Positions 9,925 to 19,798 of a DNA stretch of 49,830 bases are shown here, piece after piece. The DNA is from an uncultured Rhodospirillales bacterium (GTDB taxonomy: Bacteria; Pseudomonadota; Alphaproteobacteria; UBA7985). Every line of letters begins with the position of its first letter. Positions within the stretch are counted from its first letter, which is position 1. The translations under genes were made by a program, and so were the position numbers. The stretch lies in the NCBI GenBank assembly GCA_963978305.1, contig CAXBRM010000001.1, positions 1 to 49,830 of the forward strand, written 5' to 3'. Under the pieces are notes generated by a model. It saw only the letters and a program-made list of their open reading frames with translations. It was not told the DNA's origin and did not search any database.

Positions 9925-11064
9925 ATGTCATCAGTTGTTATTGCGGGGTACGCCCGTTCGCCATTTCATTTCGCCCATAAGGGGGCGCTAACAAAAGTGC
10001 GACCTGACGATTTGGCAGCGATTGTCGTCAAAGGTTTGATCGAACAGCTGGGCATCGATCCGACCACAATCGAAGACTTGATTTTAGGCAATGCCATGCC
10101 GGAGGGCGAGCAGGGCTTGAACATGGCACGGATGGTTGGCCTATTGGCGGGGTTGCCGCAGAGTGTCGGCGGCGTGACGGTCAACCGCTTTTGCGGTTCC
10201 AGCATGCAAGCAATTCACGATGCCGCCGGGCAATTGAGCTTGAGCGCAGGCGGCGCCTATATCGCAGCTGGTGTCGAAAGCATGACGCGTGTGCCGATGA
10301 GTGGCTTTAATCCCATGCCCAATCCGACACTCTATGCCCAGAATAATGGCGCTTACATGGGGATGGGGGAAACCGCAGAAAACGTGGCCAATCAATACCA
10401 ATTGACACGCGAAGACCAGGAGCAGTTGGCTGTCGAAAGCCACGCCAAAGCAAAAGCTGCACAAGATGCTGGTAAGCTGGCAGAGGAGCTCGTAGCGATC
10501 CAAACCCCCGATGGTTCGACAATTGATGTTGATGGTTGCATCCGTCCAGAAACAAGCCCTGATGGTTTGGCGGGCTTGAAGCCAGCTTTTGCCGTGGACG
10601 GCAGTGTGACGGCGGGCACGTCCAGCCCTCTGACAGATGGTGCAGCCGCGGTGTTGGTTTGCACCGAGGAATATGCCGCTAAAAATGACCTTGCCCCGTT
10701 CGCGCGGATCAAAGCTGTCGCGGTTCATGGTTGCGATCCCAAGACCATGGGGCTGGGTCCCATTGGCGCCACGCGCAAAGCGCTGAAACGCGCTGGCATC
10801 AGCATTGATGATGTTGACGTGATCGAAATTAATGAAGCGTTCAGTAGTCAAGCGCTCGCTTGTATGAGCGACTTGAGCATTGATCGAACCAAAGTCAATC
10901 TCGATGGTGGTGCTTTGGCGCTTGGCCATCCGCTCGGGGCGACAGGCGCGCGGATTACTGGCAAGGCCGCGTCGCTGCTAAAGCGCGAGGGCGGCAAGTA
11001 TGCGCTTGCTACGCAGTGTATCGGTGGTGGTCAAGGGATCGCGACTGTTCTCGAAGCAATCTAA
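9925..11064 (+). CDS. fadA: Acetyl-CoA C-acyltransferase / 3-ketoacyl-CoA thiolase
   Basis: Thiolase motifs are present: VNRFCGSSMQAI (active-site Cys), NEAFSSQ, GGALALGHPLGATGAR, CIGGGQGIA. I prefer the ATG at 9925, 7 nt after GAGGGAG, over 9919. Confidence 0.9.
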   Translation: MSSVVIAGYARSPFHFAHKGALTKVRPDDLAAIVVKGLIEQLGIDPTTIEDLILGNAMPEGEQGLNMARMVGLLAGLPQSVGGVTVNRFCGSSMQAIHDAAGQLSLSAGGAYIAAGVESMTRVPMSGFNPMPNPTLYAQNNGAYMGMGETAENVANQYQLTREDQEQLAVESHAKAKAAQDAGKLAEELVAIQTPDGSTIDVDGCIRPETSPDGLAGLKPAFAVDGSVTAGTSSPLTDGAAAVLVCTEEYAAKNDLAPFARIKAVAVHGCDPKTMGLGPIGATRKALKRAGISIDDVDVIEINEAFSSQALACMSDLSIDRTKVNLDGGALALGHPLGATGARITGKAASLLKREGGKYALATQCIGGGQGIATVLEAI

Positions 11065-11094
11065 TCGTTGGCATTCAGAGACTTGGGGATGACT

Positions 11095-13428
11095 ATGGAA
11101 ATCAAAAAAGTTGCTGTAATCGGATCTGGCGTCATGGGCATGGGCATCGCTGCGCAGGTCGCCAATGCGGGTCTGCCCGTCGTGCTGCTGGACATCGTGC
11201 CTGACGATGGTCCGCGCAGCGCTTTGGCGCAGGGCGCGATCAGCAAAGCGCTCAAGGCGAGGCCGGCGCCTTTCATGCACAAGCGGGTCGCGAGAAAGGT
11301 GACGCCGGGCAATCTTGAAGATGATCTGGAGAAATTGGCCGATTGCGACCTGATTATTGAGGTCATTATCGAGCGTCTCGAGTTAAAGCATGCTCTATAC
11401 CGCAAGGTCGAGGCTGTGGCGCGTCCAGATGCGATTATCACATCGAACACGTCAACGATCCAGCGGGCGCGCCTGATTGAGGGCATGCCAGCGGAACGCG
11501 CCAAGCGGTTTGCAATCACGCACTTTTTTAATCCACCGAGGTACATGAGGCTCCTGGAGCTGGTCGCCGGTGACAATGTTGATGCTGACGTTATCGATAC
11601 GCTGACCACTTTCTGTGACGTCAATCTGGGGAAAGGCGTGGTGCGGTGCAAGGACACGCCGGGCTTTATTGCTAATAGATTGGGCACCATGTGGATCAGC
11701 AGCGCAACCAATGCTGCCAAAAACCATGGCTTTCGTGTTGATGAGGCCGACGTGCTGGTTGGCAAAGCGTTTGGTATCCCGTCAACCGGTGTGTTCGCGT
11801 TGATGGACCTGGTCGGACTGGATTTGATGCCGCTCGTCGGGCGCTCTCTATATGATAATCTACCGGACGGTGACGCCTTTAGGAAGGTTTTCCACGAGGA
11901 TCCCATGGTGCTGCAAATGGTCGAAAAGGGCTATACGGGCCGCAAGGGATTGGGCGGCTTTTACCGCATGAACAAGGAAGGCGGCCGGAAAGTCAAAGAA
12001 GCACTGAACTTGGAAACGGGCGAATATTATGTCGCCAGTAAACCCAAGTTCGACAGTGTTGAGGCCGCGCGTAAAGGCGGCCCGCGTGCGACGCTTGAGT
12101 TTGGCGACAAAACGTCGGCGATGAGTTGGGAGTGGCTTCGTCAAACGCTGAGCTACTGCGCGGAGCTGGCCTTTGATATTTGTGATGGGATCCAAGCCAC
12201 CGACGACGGCATGAAATTGGGCTATGGCTGGAAATGGGGACCATTCGAATTAATGGACCGGATTGGCCCGAAATGGATCGCCGACAAACTTGAGGCTGAA
12301 GGTTATGCCGTGCCCGCTTTGCTACGAGCTGTGGGCGACGGTACGTTCTATAAAGTCGAGAACGGTGAGTTAATGGTCATGGACCAGGCTGGTGCCTATG
12401 TGCCGGTAAAGCGCGCCGATGGTGTTTTGTTGCTTTCCGATATCAAGTTGACCAGCGAGCCGTTGTTTAGGGGCCGCTCAGCAAGCGTTTGGGACATCGG
12501 TGATGGTGTCTTAAATGTTGAATTCCACAGCAAAATGAATGCCTTTGAAGAGGGCCATTTCAAAGCGTTAAACATGGCGATGGATACGATTGAGCGCGAT
12601 GAGAAGTACGTGGCGCTGACAATCTATAATGAAGATCCGCGCGCTTTTTCAGCTGGCGCAAATTTAGGCGAGGCCCTGTTTGCGGCGAACACAGCGATGT
12701 GGCCTGTCGTTCAAATGAGCATCATGAATGGGCAAAAAGCTTTAAAACGCTTACGCTTTACAAATTTTCCAGTGGTGGCAGCGCCCGCAGGGTTGGCGCT
12801 CGGCGGCGGCTGCGAGGTGTGCTTGGCGGCCAATGCGATCCAGGGGCATGCTGAACTTTATATCGGCCTGGTCGAAGCTGGCGTCGGTCTGGTCCCAGGA
12901 TGGGGTGGCTGCAAAGAATTGATCCGGCGCCACACCAGCAACCCGCGCGGACCGAAAGGGCCAATGCCAGGGCCGATGAAGGCCTTTGAACTGATTGCTA
13001 CCGCGGCAGTGTCGACCAGTGCAATGGAAGCCCGTGACAATCTGGTGTTTACTCAAGAGGACGGGATCACCATGAACCGAGATCGGTTGCTGGCTGACGC
13101 GAAGGCGCGGGCGCTGGCGATGGTTGACAGCGGATTTACCTCGCCCGAACCAGTTGAGTTTCGTTTGCCCGGACCATCCGGTGCGACGGCATTTCATATG
13201 GGCCTTGATGATTACAAAGCCAAAGGCATCGCCAGCGATTACGACATGGTCGTGGGTGCCGAGTTGGCGATCATCCTGTCGGGTGGAGCGAGCGATCCGA
13301 CAGAGACACTCGGTGAGGATGATATCCTCAAAATGGAGCAAGAGAGCTTTATGAAGTTGTTGAAAAACCAGAAAACCTTAGCGCGCATTGAGCATATGCT
13401 GAATACCGGGAAACCGCTGCGGAATTGA
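11095..13428 (+). CDS. fadB: Bifunctional 3-hydroxyacyl-CoA dehydrogenase (N-terminal) / enoyl-CoA hydratase (C-terminal), FadB'-type domain order
   Basis: The N-terminal Rossmann motif is VAVIGSGVMGMGIAAQVANAG. The C-terminal crotonase-fold region is PVVAAPAGLALGGGCEVCL...GLVEAGVGLVPGWGG. The track ORF starts at TTG 11068. ATG 11095 (MEIKKVAVIG), with GGGGA 5 nt upstream, is more plausible. Confidence 0.9.
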   Translation: MEIKKVAVIGSGVMGMGIAAQVANAGLPVVLLDIVPDDGPRSALAQGAISKALKARPAPFMHKRVARKVTPGNLEDDLEKLADCDLIIEVIIERLELKHALYRKVEAVARPDAIITSNTSTIQRARLIEGMPAERAKRFAITHFFNPPRYMRLLELVAGDNVDADVIDTLTTFCDVNLGKGVVRCKDTPGFIANRLGTMWISSATNAAKNHGFRVDEADVLVGKAFGIPSTGVFALMDLVGLDLMPLVGRSLYDNLPDGDAFRKVFHEDPMVLQMVEKGYTGRKGLGGFYRMNKEGGRKVKEALNLETGEYYVASKPKFDSVEAARKGGPRATLEFGDKTSAMSWEWLRQTLSYCAELAFDICDGIQATDDGMKLGYGWKWGPFELMDRIGPKWIADKLEAEGYAVPALLRAVGDGTFYKVENGELMVMDQAGAYVPVKRADGVLLLSDIKLTSEPLFRGRSASVWDIGDGVLNVEFHSKMNAFEEGHFKALNMAMDTIERDEKYVALTIYNEDPRAFSAGANLGEALFAANTAMWPVVQMSIMNGQKALKRLRFTNFPVVAAPAGLALGGGCEVCLAANAIQGHAELYIGLVEAGVGLVPGWGGCKELIRRHTSNPRGPKGPMPGPMKAFELIATAAVSTSAMEARDNLVFTQEDGITMNRDRLLADAKARALAMVDSGFTSPEPVEFRLPGPSGATAFHMGLDDYKAKGIASDYDMVVGAELAIILSGGASDPTETLGEDDILKMEQESFMKLLKNQKTLARIEHMLNTGKPLRN

Positions 13429-13530
13429 TGGTAAAATTGTTAATGCCGTTGAGATGAAATGATGGCGGGTGGTGTGGTTTTTTGTTTGGTCACGCTGCAT
13501 GCATAATAGGTTGACGAAAGAGGGAAAAAC

Positions 13531-15345
13531 ATGGCCGTTTATGACATTTATGAAGCGCCGAACCGCGATTACAAATTCGTGATGCAAGAGCTGTTTGATG
13601 TGGGTGAGCTATCCCGGGACATTCCAGAATACGCGGACGCAACCCCTGACATTTTTGAAGCCATGATTGAAGAGGGCGGAAAATTTTTAAAAGAAAATTT
13701 CCTACCACTCAATGAATCTGGTGACCGTCAAGGGTGCCGTTACGAAAACGGGGTGGTGCGGACGCCTGATGGATTCAAAGAGGCCTACCAGGGTTTCTGT
13801 GACATGGGTTTTACCGGCATGAGCCAATCGCCCCAATGGGGCGGTCAGGGTCTGCCACACAGTCTGCAATTTGCCATTGAAGAAATGGTTGCCAGCACAA
13901 ACGCCAGCATGGGCCCTTATGCCGGTCTGACTGTCGGGGCCTTTAATGCCATCAACGCCAGTGCGAGTGACGAGCTCAAGAAAATCTACCTGCCGAAAAT
14001 GTGCAACGGGCAGTGGGCTGGTGCCATGTGTCTGACCGAACCCCAATGCGGGACCGATCTGGGTCTGATCAAAACCAAGGCTGAGCCGCTTGATGACGGC
14101 AGCTACGCGATCACTGGGACGAAAATATACATCACCGGCGGAGAGCAAGATCTGACCGAGAACATCGTTCACTTGGTGCTGGCAAAAATTCCTGGCAGCC
14201 CCGATGGTGTTAAGGGTATCAGCTTATTCCTGGTGCCCAAGTTCTTGCCTGATCAGAACGGCGAGGTCGGTCAGCGCAATGACGTACGCTGCGGGTCGAT
14301 TGAGAAAAAAATGGGTCAGCATGGGTCTGCGACTTGTGTGATCAACTATGACGGTGCCAAGGGCTGGTTGGTCGGCCTTGAGAACAAAGGTATGCGCAGT
14401 ATGTTCGTGATGATGAACGCGGCGCGCATGGGGGTCGGGGTCCAGGGCCTCGGCTTCCTGGAAACCAGTTACCAATCCGCTTTTGCTTATGCCAAAGATC
14501 GTTTGCAAGGCCGGAGCTTGTCTGGACCCAAATCACCCGACCAGCCGGCTGATAGTATTTTGGTCCACCCGGATGTTCGCCGGATGTTGCTGCGCATCAA
14601 AGCCAACACGGAAGGGGGGCGAGCTCTTTGTACCTGGTTGTCATTGTCGCTGGATAAAAGCCTCAAGCATCCCGACCCGCAGGTACGCCAAGACAATGAC
14701 GATTTGGTCCAGTTGATGACGCCCATTTTGAAGGCTTATTTGACAGACAGTGCTTCAGAAGCCGCCAACTTGGGCGTGCAGACGATGGGCGGCCATGGAT
14801 ACATCAAGGAGTGGGGCATGGAACAGTTGGTTCGAGATAGCCGTATTGCCCAGCTCTATGAGGGGACAAACGGTATCCAAGCCTTGGATTTAACAGGGCG
14901 GAAAATGGGCGCGCACTTTGGCCGCTATCTCCGAAGTTTCTTCCATCCTGTTTCGTCCTTCCTCGATGATCACAAAACAAGTGCCGCCCTGGCCGAATTT
15001 ATCGGACCGTTGCAAAAAGTGTTCGGCACCTTGCAGCAAACCACAGCTTTCGTGGCTCAAAAGGGCTTGAAAGATCCAGAGGAAATCGGTGCTGCGTCGA
15101 GCGATTACTTGAAATTATTCGCGCTCACCGCATTGGCCTATCTGTGGGCAAAATCGGCGAAAGTGGCCCTCGAAAAACTCGAAGATCAATCAACAACTGA
15201 AAAGGGCTATTACCAAGCCAAATTGCTTACTGCGCGGTTTTTCTACCAGCGGATGCTACCGGAAGCAACGGCAGCCGCCAAAGTAGTCCAGGCGGGAAAA
15301 GATAGCTTGATGGATATGCCAGAAGAATTGTTCTTGGCGGCCTAA
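13531..15345 (+). CDS. Acyl-CoA dehydrogenase, long (~600 aa) type with extra C-terminal domain
   Basis: 604 aa with ACAD-like blocks GAMCLTEPQCGTDLG, ITGTKIYITGGE, QTMGGHGYIKEWGMEQLVRDSRIAQLYEGTNGIQ. It is the last gene of the beta-oxidation cluster. Confidence 0.9.
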   Translation: MAVYDIYEAPNRDYKFVMQELFDVGELSRDIPEYADATPDIFEAMIEEGGKFLKENFLPLNESGDRQGCRYENGVVRTPDGFKEAYQGFCDMGFTGMSQSPQWGGQGLPHSLQFAIEEMVASTNASMGPYAGLTVGAFNAINASASDELKKIYLPKMCNGQWAGAMCLTEPQCGTDLGLIKTKAEPLDDGSYAITGTKIYITGGEQDLTENIVHLVLAKIPGSPDGVKGISLFLVPKFLPDQNGEVGQRNDVRCGSIEKKMGQHGSATCVINYDGAKGWLVGLENKGMRSMFVMMNAARMGVGVQGLGFLETSYQSAFAYAKDRLQGRSLSGPKSPDQPADSILVHPDVRRMLLRIKANTEGGRALCTWLSLSLDKSLKHPDPQVRQDNDDLVQLMTPILKAYLTDSASEAANLGVQTMGGHGYIKEWGMEQLVRDSRIAQLYEGTNGIQALDLTGRKMGAHFGRYLRSFFHPVSSFLDDHKTSAALAEFIGPLQKVFGTLQQTTAFVAQKGLKDPEEIGAASSDYLKLFALTALAYLWAKSAKVALEKLEDQSTTEKGYYQAKLLTARFFYQRMLPEATAAAKVVQAGKDSLMDMPEELFLAA

Positions 15346-15404
15346 TCAGGGCTGACAGCTGAAAGCGACGCAATCGGCTTGAATGAATAGTCGGAACTGA
15401 AAAT

Positions 15405-15439
15405 AAAGCCTGGCGAATGCCAGGCTTTACGCTTTTTTT
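15405..15439. terminator. Bidirectional intrinsic terminator between the convergent acyl-CoA dehydrogenase and DAHP synthase genes
   Basis: A perfect 10-bp stem AAAGCCTGGC (15405-15414) / GCCAGGCTTT (15419-15428) has a GAAT loop. T7 lies downstream on the plus strand and ATTTT lies downstream on the minus strand. Confidence 0.7.
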
Positions 15440-15455
15440 GGTCTGCTTAAATTGA

Positions 15456-16844
15456 TCAGGCAGCCATTTGGACCAGCGGGTTGTTGCGGCGGCGTTTGCT
15501 AAGCAACTCAGAGATCAAGAATGCAATCTCCAAACTCTGCGTCGCGTTGAGCCGCGGGTCGACATAGGTGTGGTACCGCTCGCCGAGGTTCTTTGGCTCA
15601 ACGGGCTGCAGACCGCCCAGACACTCTGTCACGTCTTTGCCGGTTAGTTCCAAGTGAACTCCACCAGGCACGGTACCTTCCGCATCATGGACCTCAAAGA
15701 AACCCTCGATCTCGCCCATGATGTTTTTGAAATGACGGGTTTTGTAGCCTTCGACGGTTTCTGTGTTGCCATGCATTGGGTCGCACGACCAGACCACGTT
15801 ACGGCCTTCGGCTTTCACCTTGCGGACAAGGTGCGGCAGCAAATCACGCACTTTTTGTGCACTGACGCGGGCAATTAAAACAACCCGACCCGCCTCGTTA
15901 TGTGGATTCACAATATCAAGAAGCTCGATCAGATTATCAGGCTTCATCGTTGGGCCGCACTTAATGCCGAGTGGGTTTTCGACACCGCGCAGGAATTCAA
16001 CATGGGCATGATCTGCTTGGCGGGTACGGTCCCCGATCCAAAGCATATGGCCTGACAGGCCATAGTGACCGCCATCCAGGCTGTCTTCACGACACAGCGC
16101 CTCCTCATAATGCAGCAACAGACTTTCATGACTGGTAAAAAAATCGACTTCCTGAAACTGCTCGTACGAACTGGGATTGATACCAATCGCTTCCATGAAA
16201 GCAATGGCGCGCTCAACATCTTCGGCCAGCGTAGCATATTGCTCTTGTTGATGTTGTCGGGTGAAATCCAAATTCCAACGGTGAATTTGTGCCAAGTTCG
16301 CGAAACCGCCACTCGCCAGGCCACGGACAAAATTCAAAGAGCTCGCGCTTTGATGGTAAGCGCTTAACATCCTTGATGGGTCTGGCACGCGTGCCGCTTC
16401 GGTAAACTCGCGTTGGTTGACGATGTCGCCGCGGTAACTTGGCAGGCTTATCCCCTCTTTTGTTTCTGTGTCCGATGATCTTGGCTTGGCAAATTGCCCA
16501 GCCATTCGGCCCACTTTGATGATCGGGACCTGGGCACCAAAAGTCATACTGACTGCCATTTGTAAAATCAGCTTAAACGTGTCCCGGATGTGATTGGTGT
16601 TAAACTCGGCAAAGGCTTCAGCACAATCGCCGCCCTGTAGCAAAAACGCTTCACCGGTCACAGCCTTTGCCAGCTCACCCCTGAGTTTCCGTACTTCCCC
16701 TGCCGTTACGAGAGGCGGCAAACTGCGCAACTGCTTTTCGGTGGACGATAGCTGTGTCGCGTCGGGATAAGTCGGCACTTGTAAGATGGGCTTATTGCGC
16801 CAGCTGGTCGGGGTCCATTGTGCTGCCATGGGGTTTGACTCCAT
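15456..16844 (-). CDS. Class II 3-deoxy-7-phosphoheptulonate (DAHP) synthase
   Basis: 462 aa. The N-terminus WTPTSWRNKPILQVPTYPD and internal blocks LLQGGDCAE, RMAGQFAKPRS, WSCDPMHGNT are characteristic of plant-like class II DAHP synthases. The start could instead be the ATG 15 nt downstream. Confidence 0.9.
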   Translation of the reverse strand: MESNPMAAQWTPTSWRNKPILQVPTYPDATQLSSTEKQLRSLPPLVTAGEVRKLRGELAKAVTGEAFLLQGGDCAEAFAEFNTNHIRDTFKLILQMAVSMTFGAQVPIIKVGRMAGQFAKPRSSDTETKEGISLPSYRGDIVNQREFTEAARVPDPSRMLSAYHQSASSLNFVRGLASGGFANLAQIHRWNLDFTRQHQQEQYATLAEDVERAIAFMEAIGINPSSYEQFQEVDFFTSHESLLLHYEEALCREDSLDGGHYGLSGHMLWIGDRTRQADHAHVEFLRGVENPLGIKCGPTMKPDNLIELLDIVNPHNEAGRVVLIARVSAQKVRDLLPHLVRKVKAEGRNVVWSCDPMHGNTETVEGYKTRHFKNIMGEIEGFFEVHDAEGTVPGGVHLELTGKDVTECLGGLQPVEPKNLGERYHTYVDPRLNATQSLEIAFLISELLSKRRRNNPLVQMAA

Positions 16845-16985
16845 ATTAACGTACGATTATTTGCCCGTTTACTCTAACGGGTCGTGCCCACAGTGCAAGC
16901 CACATGCAATCGCTTAACGCTTGCGAAATTATGACGAGACGGCTTTGCTATGATCAAATAGAGACACAGAGTGGGTTTCAACACG

Positions 16986-18305
16986 ATGCGAGTACGTTTT
17001 GCCCCGAGCCCGACGGGTCGAATTCACTTAGGCAATACGCGGACAGCCGTAATCAATTGGTTGCTGGCAAAGCGCCATGGTGGCGAGTTTATGCTACGGA
17101 TCGATGACACGGATCTGGAACGCTCAACCGATGCCTATCGTCTGGGCATTGAAGCCGATCTCAAGTGGCTGGGGTTAGACTGGGACCTTTATGCCAAGCA
17201 GTCGGAGCGTTTTGCACACTATGACGCGGCTCGTGATCGCCTGATTGATGCTGGCCGATTGTATCCGTGTTACGAAGAAGCGGGTGAATTGGATTTGATG
17301 CGCAAAACGGCCAGCCTGCAAAGCAAGCCGTTCATCTATAATCGTGAAATTTACCCCGCCAACCATCACCCCGAAAAAATTGCGGCGATGCGCAGTGAGG
17401 GTCGCCAGCCCCACTGGCGCTTTGCGCTCCAGCCTGGCGAGATCGCCTGGAATGATTTGGTAAGGGGTCCGGTTCTTTTCGATGCTGAAAACCTGAGTGA
17501 TCCAGTCCTGATCAGAGCCGATGGAAGTTATTTGTACACTTTGTGTAGTGTGTTGGACGATATTGACTTCGCTTGTACTCACATCGTTCGCGGCGAGGAC
17601 CACGTCACAAACACCGCGACCCAGGTACAAATTTTTGACGCTTTGGGTGGTGTGGCCCCCCAGTTTGCCCATTTGCCATTGGTGACGGGAGCCCAGGGTG
17701 AAAAACTCAGCAAGAGTGATGGCGCGTTGGCGATCGCTGATCTTCGCGACGAGGCTGTGCTGGAAGCGATTACCATCACCAGCTTTTTGGGCCGGCTAGG
17801 CACGCCGGATGGGCCACAGCCCTATCAGCAGCTAAGCTCACTGGCAGCCGCTTTCGATATGGCTAAATTTGGCAAAAGCAGCCCCAAGATGGATATCACA
17901 GAGTTGTACCAGCTAAACGCCAAAACTGTCCGTGGCATGCCCTTTGCTGCCGTTCAAGACCGCATTGATATTAGCGAAGAGCAATGGTGCGCCATTCGAG
18001 CGAACCTGGAGAAGGTTAGCGATGCCGACGCTTGGCTCAGGGTCATTAACGGTCCGGTCCAGCCTGTTATTCAAGATCCAGATTTTGCGGTGCAGGCGGC
18101 GGCCTTGCTGCCAGCAGGTCCACTGGGCCCGAACAGTTGGCGAGAATGGACAACAATTGTCAAAGATAAGACTGGCCGAAAGGGCAAAGATCTTTTTCAA
18201 CCACTACGGTTGGCGTTGACAGGCATGGAACGGGGTCCCGAAATGGCAGCGTTGTTGCCGTTGCTAGGACGTGAGACAATATTGAAACGATTGGGAGCGG
18301 CTTGA
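16986..18305 (+). CDS. gltX: Glutamate-tRNA ligase
   Basis: MRVRFAPSPTGRIHLGNTRTA (HIGH-type motif) and KLSKSDG (KMSKS motif) are present; ~440 aa. The track ORF begins at GTG 16971; either start is possible. Confidence 0.9.
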   Translation: MRVRFAPSPTGRIHLGNTRTAVINWLLAKRHGGEFMLRIDDTDLERSTDAYRLGIEADLKWLGLDWDLYAKQSERFAHYDAARDRLIDAGRLYPCYEEAGELDLMRKTASLQSKPFIYNREIYPANHHPEKIAAMRSEGRQPHWRFALQPGEIAWNDLVRGPVLFDAENLSDPVLIRADGSYLYTLCSVLDDIDFACTHIVRGEDHVTNTATQVQIFDALGGVAPQFAHLPLVTGAQGEKLSKSDGALAIADLRDEAVLEAITITSFLGRLGTPDGPQPYQQLSSLAAAFDMAKFGKSSPKMDITELYQLNAKTVRGMPFAAVQDRIDISEEQWCAIRANLEKVSDADAWLRVINGPVQPVIQDPDFAVQAAALLPAGPLGPNSWREWTTIVKDKTGRKGKDLFQPLRLALTGMERGPEMAALLPLLGRETILKRLGAA

Positions 18306-19678
18306 TGGTTGAGCTGAAGCTTTACAACACACGGACAAAATCCGTTGAAGCTTTTGTCCCTTTTGATCGGCATAATGTTCGGGTCTATTTGTGCGGCCCC
18401 ACGGTTTATGATTTTGCTCACGTTGGCAATGCTCGATCGTTTGTTATGGGCGACAATCTGAATCGTTTGTTGCGGTTGCTCTATGGCGCCTCGCACGTGA
18501 CTTTTGTCCGCAACATTACTGACGTCGACGATAAAATCATCAAACGAGCCATTGAGACGGGGCTCACAATTCGTGAGATCACCGACGAAACCAATGCCGA
18601 ATTTCAGTTGGATATGCAGCGCTTGGGTGTCATTGATCCTGATCACCAGCCCAGAGCGACCGATTACATACCGCAAATGAGCGATATGATCCAAACCCTG
18701 ATCAGCAAAGGCCATGCCTACCAAGCTCCCAGTGGCGACGTTCTGTTCCATGTGCCAAGCATGCCTGCCTACGGCACGCTCAGTGGTCGCCATCAAGCCG
18801 ATTTAGAAGCCGGTGCACGGGTTGAGGTCAGCGAGCAAAAGCGTGACCCGTCTGATTTTCTGTTATGGAAAGCCGCGAAACCTGAAGAGCCAGCGAATGC
18901 CAACTTTGATAGCATCTTCGGAAAAGGTCGGCCAGGATGGCACATTGAGTGCTCGGCGATGGCAAAGGAGCTCTTGGGCGATACTTTCGACATCCATGCC
19001 GGCGGCATCGACCTGATTTTCCCTCATCACGAAAATGAAATTGCGCAATCCTGCTGTGCCAACGACTGTGAGCTCATGGCCCGCTATTGGCTCCATGGCG
19101 GCTTTTTGAATGTGAATGGCACCAAAATGAGCAAGTCGCTCGGCAATTTCTTCACCGTCCGCCAGCTTATGGATGAGGGTGTTGTGCCTGAAGCGATCCG
19201 CTATCAGCTGATGCAAGCACAATATAGCCAGCCCCACGACATCAGCCGGGACAAGTTGGATTTGGCGAAGGCTAAATTAGACGACTGGTATCGTGTTTTG
19301 GTGAATGCGAACCTGGTGGACGCTCAGAACCAGGAGCCTGCCTTGGAAGACGTCGACCCTCAAGCTTTGGCCACGTTGGCACATGACCTCAATACGCCCG
19401 GGTTTTTTGCACGCCTCGATCAACTCAAAGATCGCCCCGAGCTGTTCCGGGCAACAGCGAACTTGGTTGGTCTGTTGACACAAGAACCCGCAGAATGGTT
19501 CAAGGGCGATACCAGCTCACAAGAAACCCTCGAGATTGAAACTCTTGTGCAAGAGCGTATCGACGCGAAGAAGGCCAAGAATTTTGCCCGAGCAGATGAA
19601 ATTCGCGATCTCTTGACTGGTCGCGGCATACTGCTTGAGGACAAACCTGGTGGTTTAACCGAATGGCGAAAGGTGTAA
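18305..19678 (+). CDS. cysS: Cysteine-tRNA ligase
   Basis: LYNTRTK...VYLCGPTVYDFAHVGNARS (HIGH), GWHIECSAM and KMSKSLGN are present. ATG 18305 overlaps the gltX TGA (18303-18305) by 1 nt. The track start 18302 is a TTG one codon earlier. Confidence 0.95.
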   Translation: MVELKLYNTRTKSVEAFVPFDRHNVRVYLCGPTVYDFAHVGNARSFVMGDNLNRLLRLLYGASHVTFVRNITDVDDKIIKRAIETGLTIREITDETNAEFQLDMQRLGVIDPDHQPRATDYIPQMSDMIQTLISKGHAYQAPSGDVLFHVPSMPAYGTLSGRHQADLEAGARVEVSEQKRDPSDFLLWKAAKPEEPANANFDSIFGKGRPGWHIECSAMAKELLGDTFDIHAGGIDLIFPHHENEIAQSCCANDCELMARYWLHGGFLNVNGTKMSKSLGNFFTVRQLMDEGVVPEAIRYQLMQAQYSQPHDISRDKLDLAKAKLDDWYRVLVNANLVDAQNQEPALEDVDPQALATLAHDLNTPGFFARLDQLKDRPELFRATANLVGLLTQEPAEWFKGDTSSQETLEIETLVQERIDAKKAKNFARADEIRDLLTGRGILLEDKPGGLTEWRKV

Positions 19679-19798
19679 GCCTGGTCACGGCGACATGTCA
19701 TTGAAAGCCAATCGAGTCGTGTATCGGCGAAATACGTTGCTTTTTCCCCCCTTTCGGCAGACCAATCATGAGAGCCACAGGCGAAGACAACAGAAATA

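Noticed and set aside
10141-10929. Long reverse-strand or alternative-frame ORFs inside well-supported genes. Examples are 10141-10929(-), 11061-11906(-), 12751-13341(-), 33324-34304(-), 26242-26799(+), 48702-49394(+) and 2861-3400(+).
   Set aside because: Each lies entirely within a gene whose product has clear family motifs on the other strand or frame. Their translations are low-complexity and rich in Arg, Ser and Pro, as expected for shadow ORFs in moderately GC-rich DNA.
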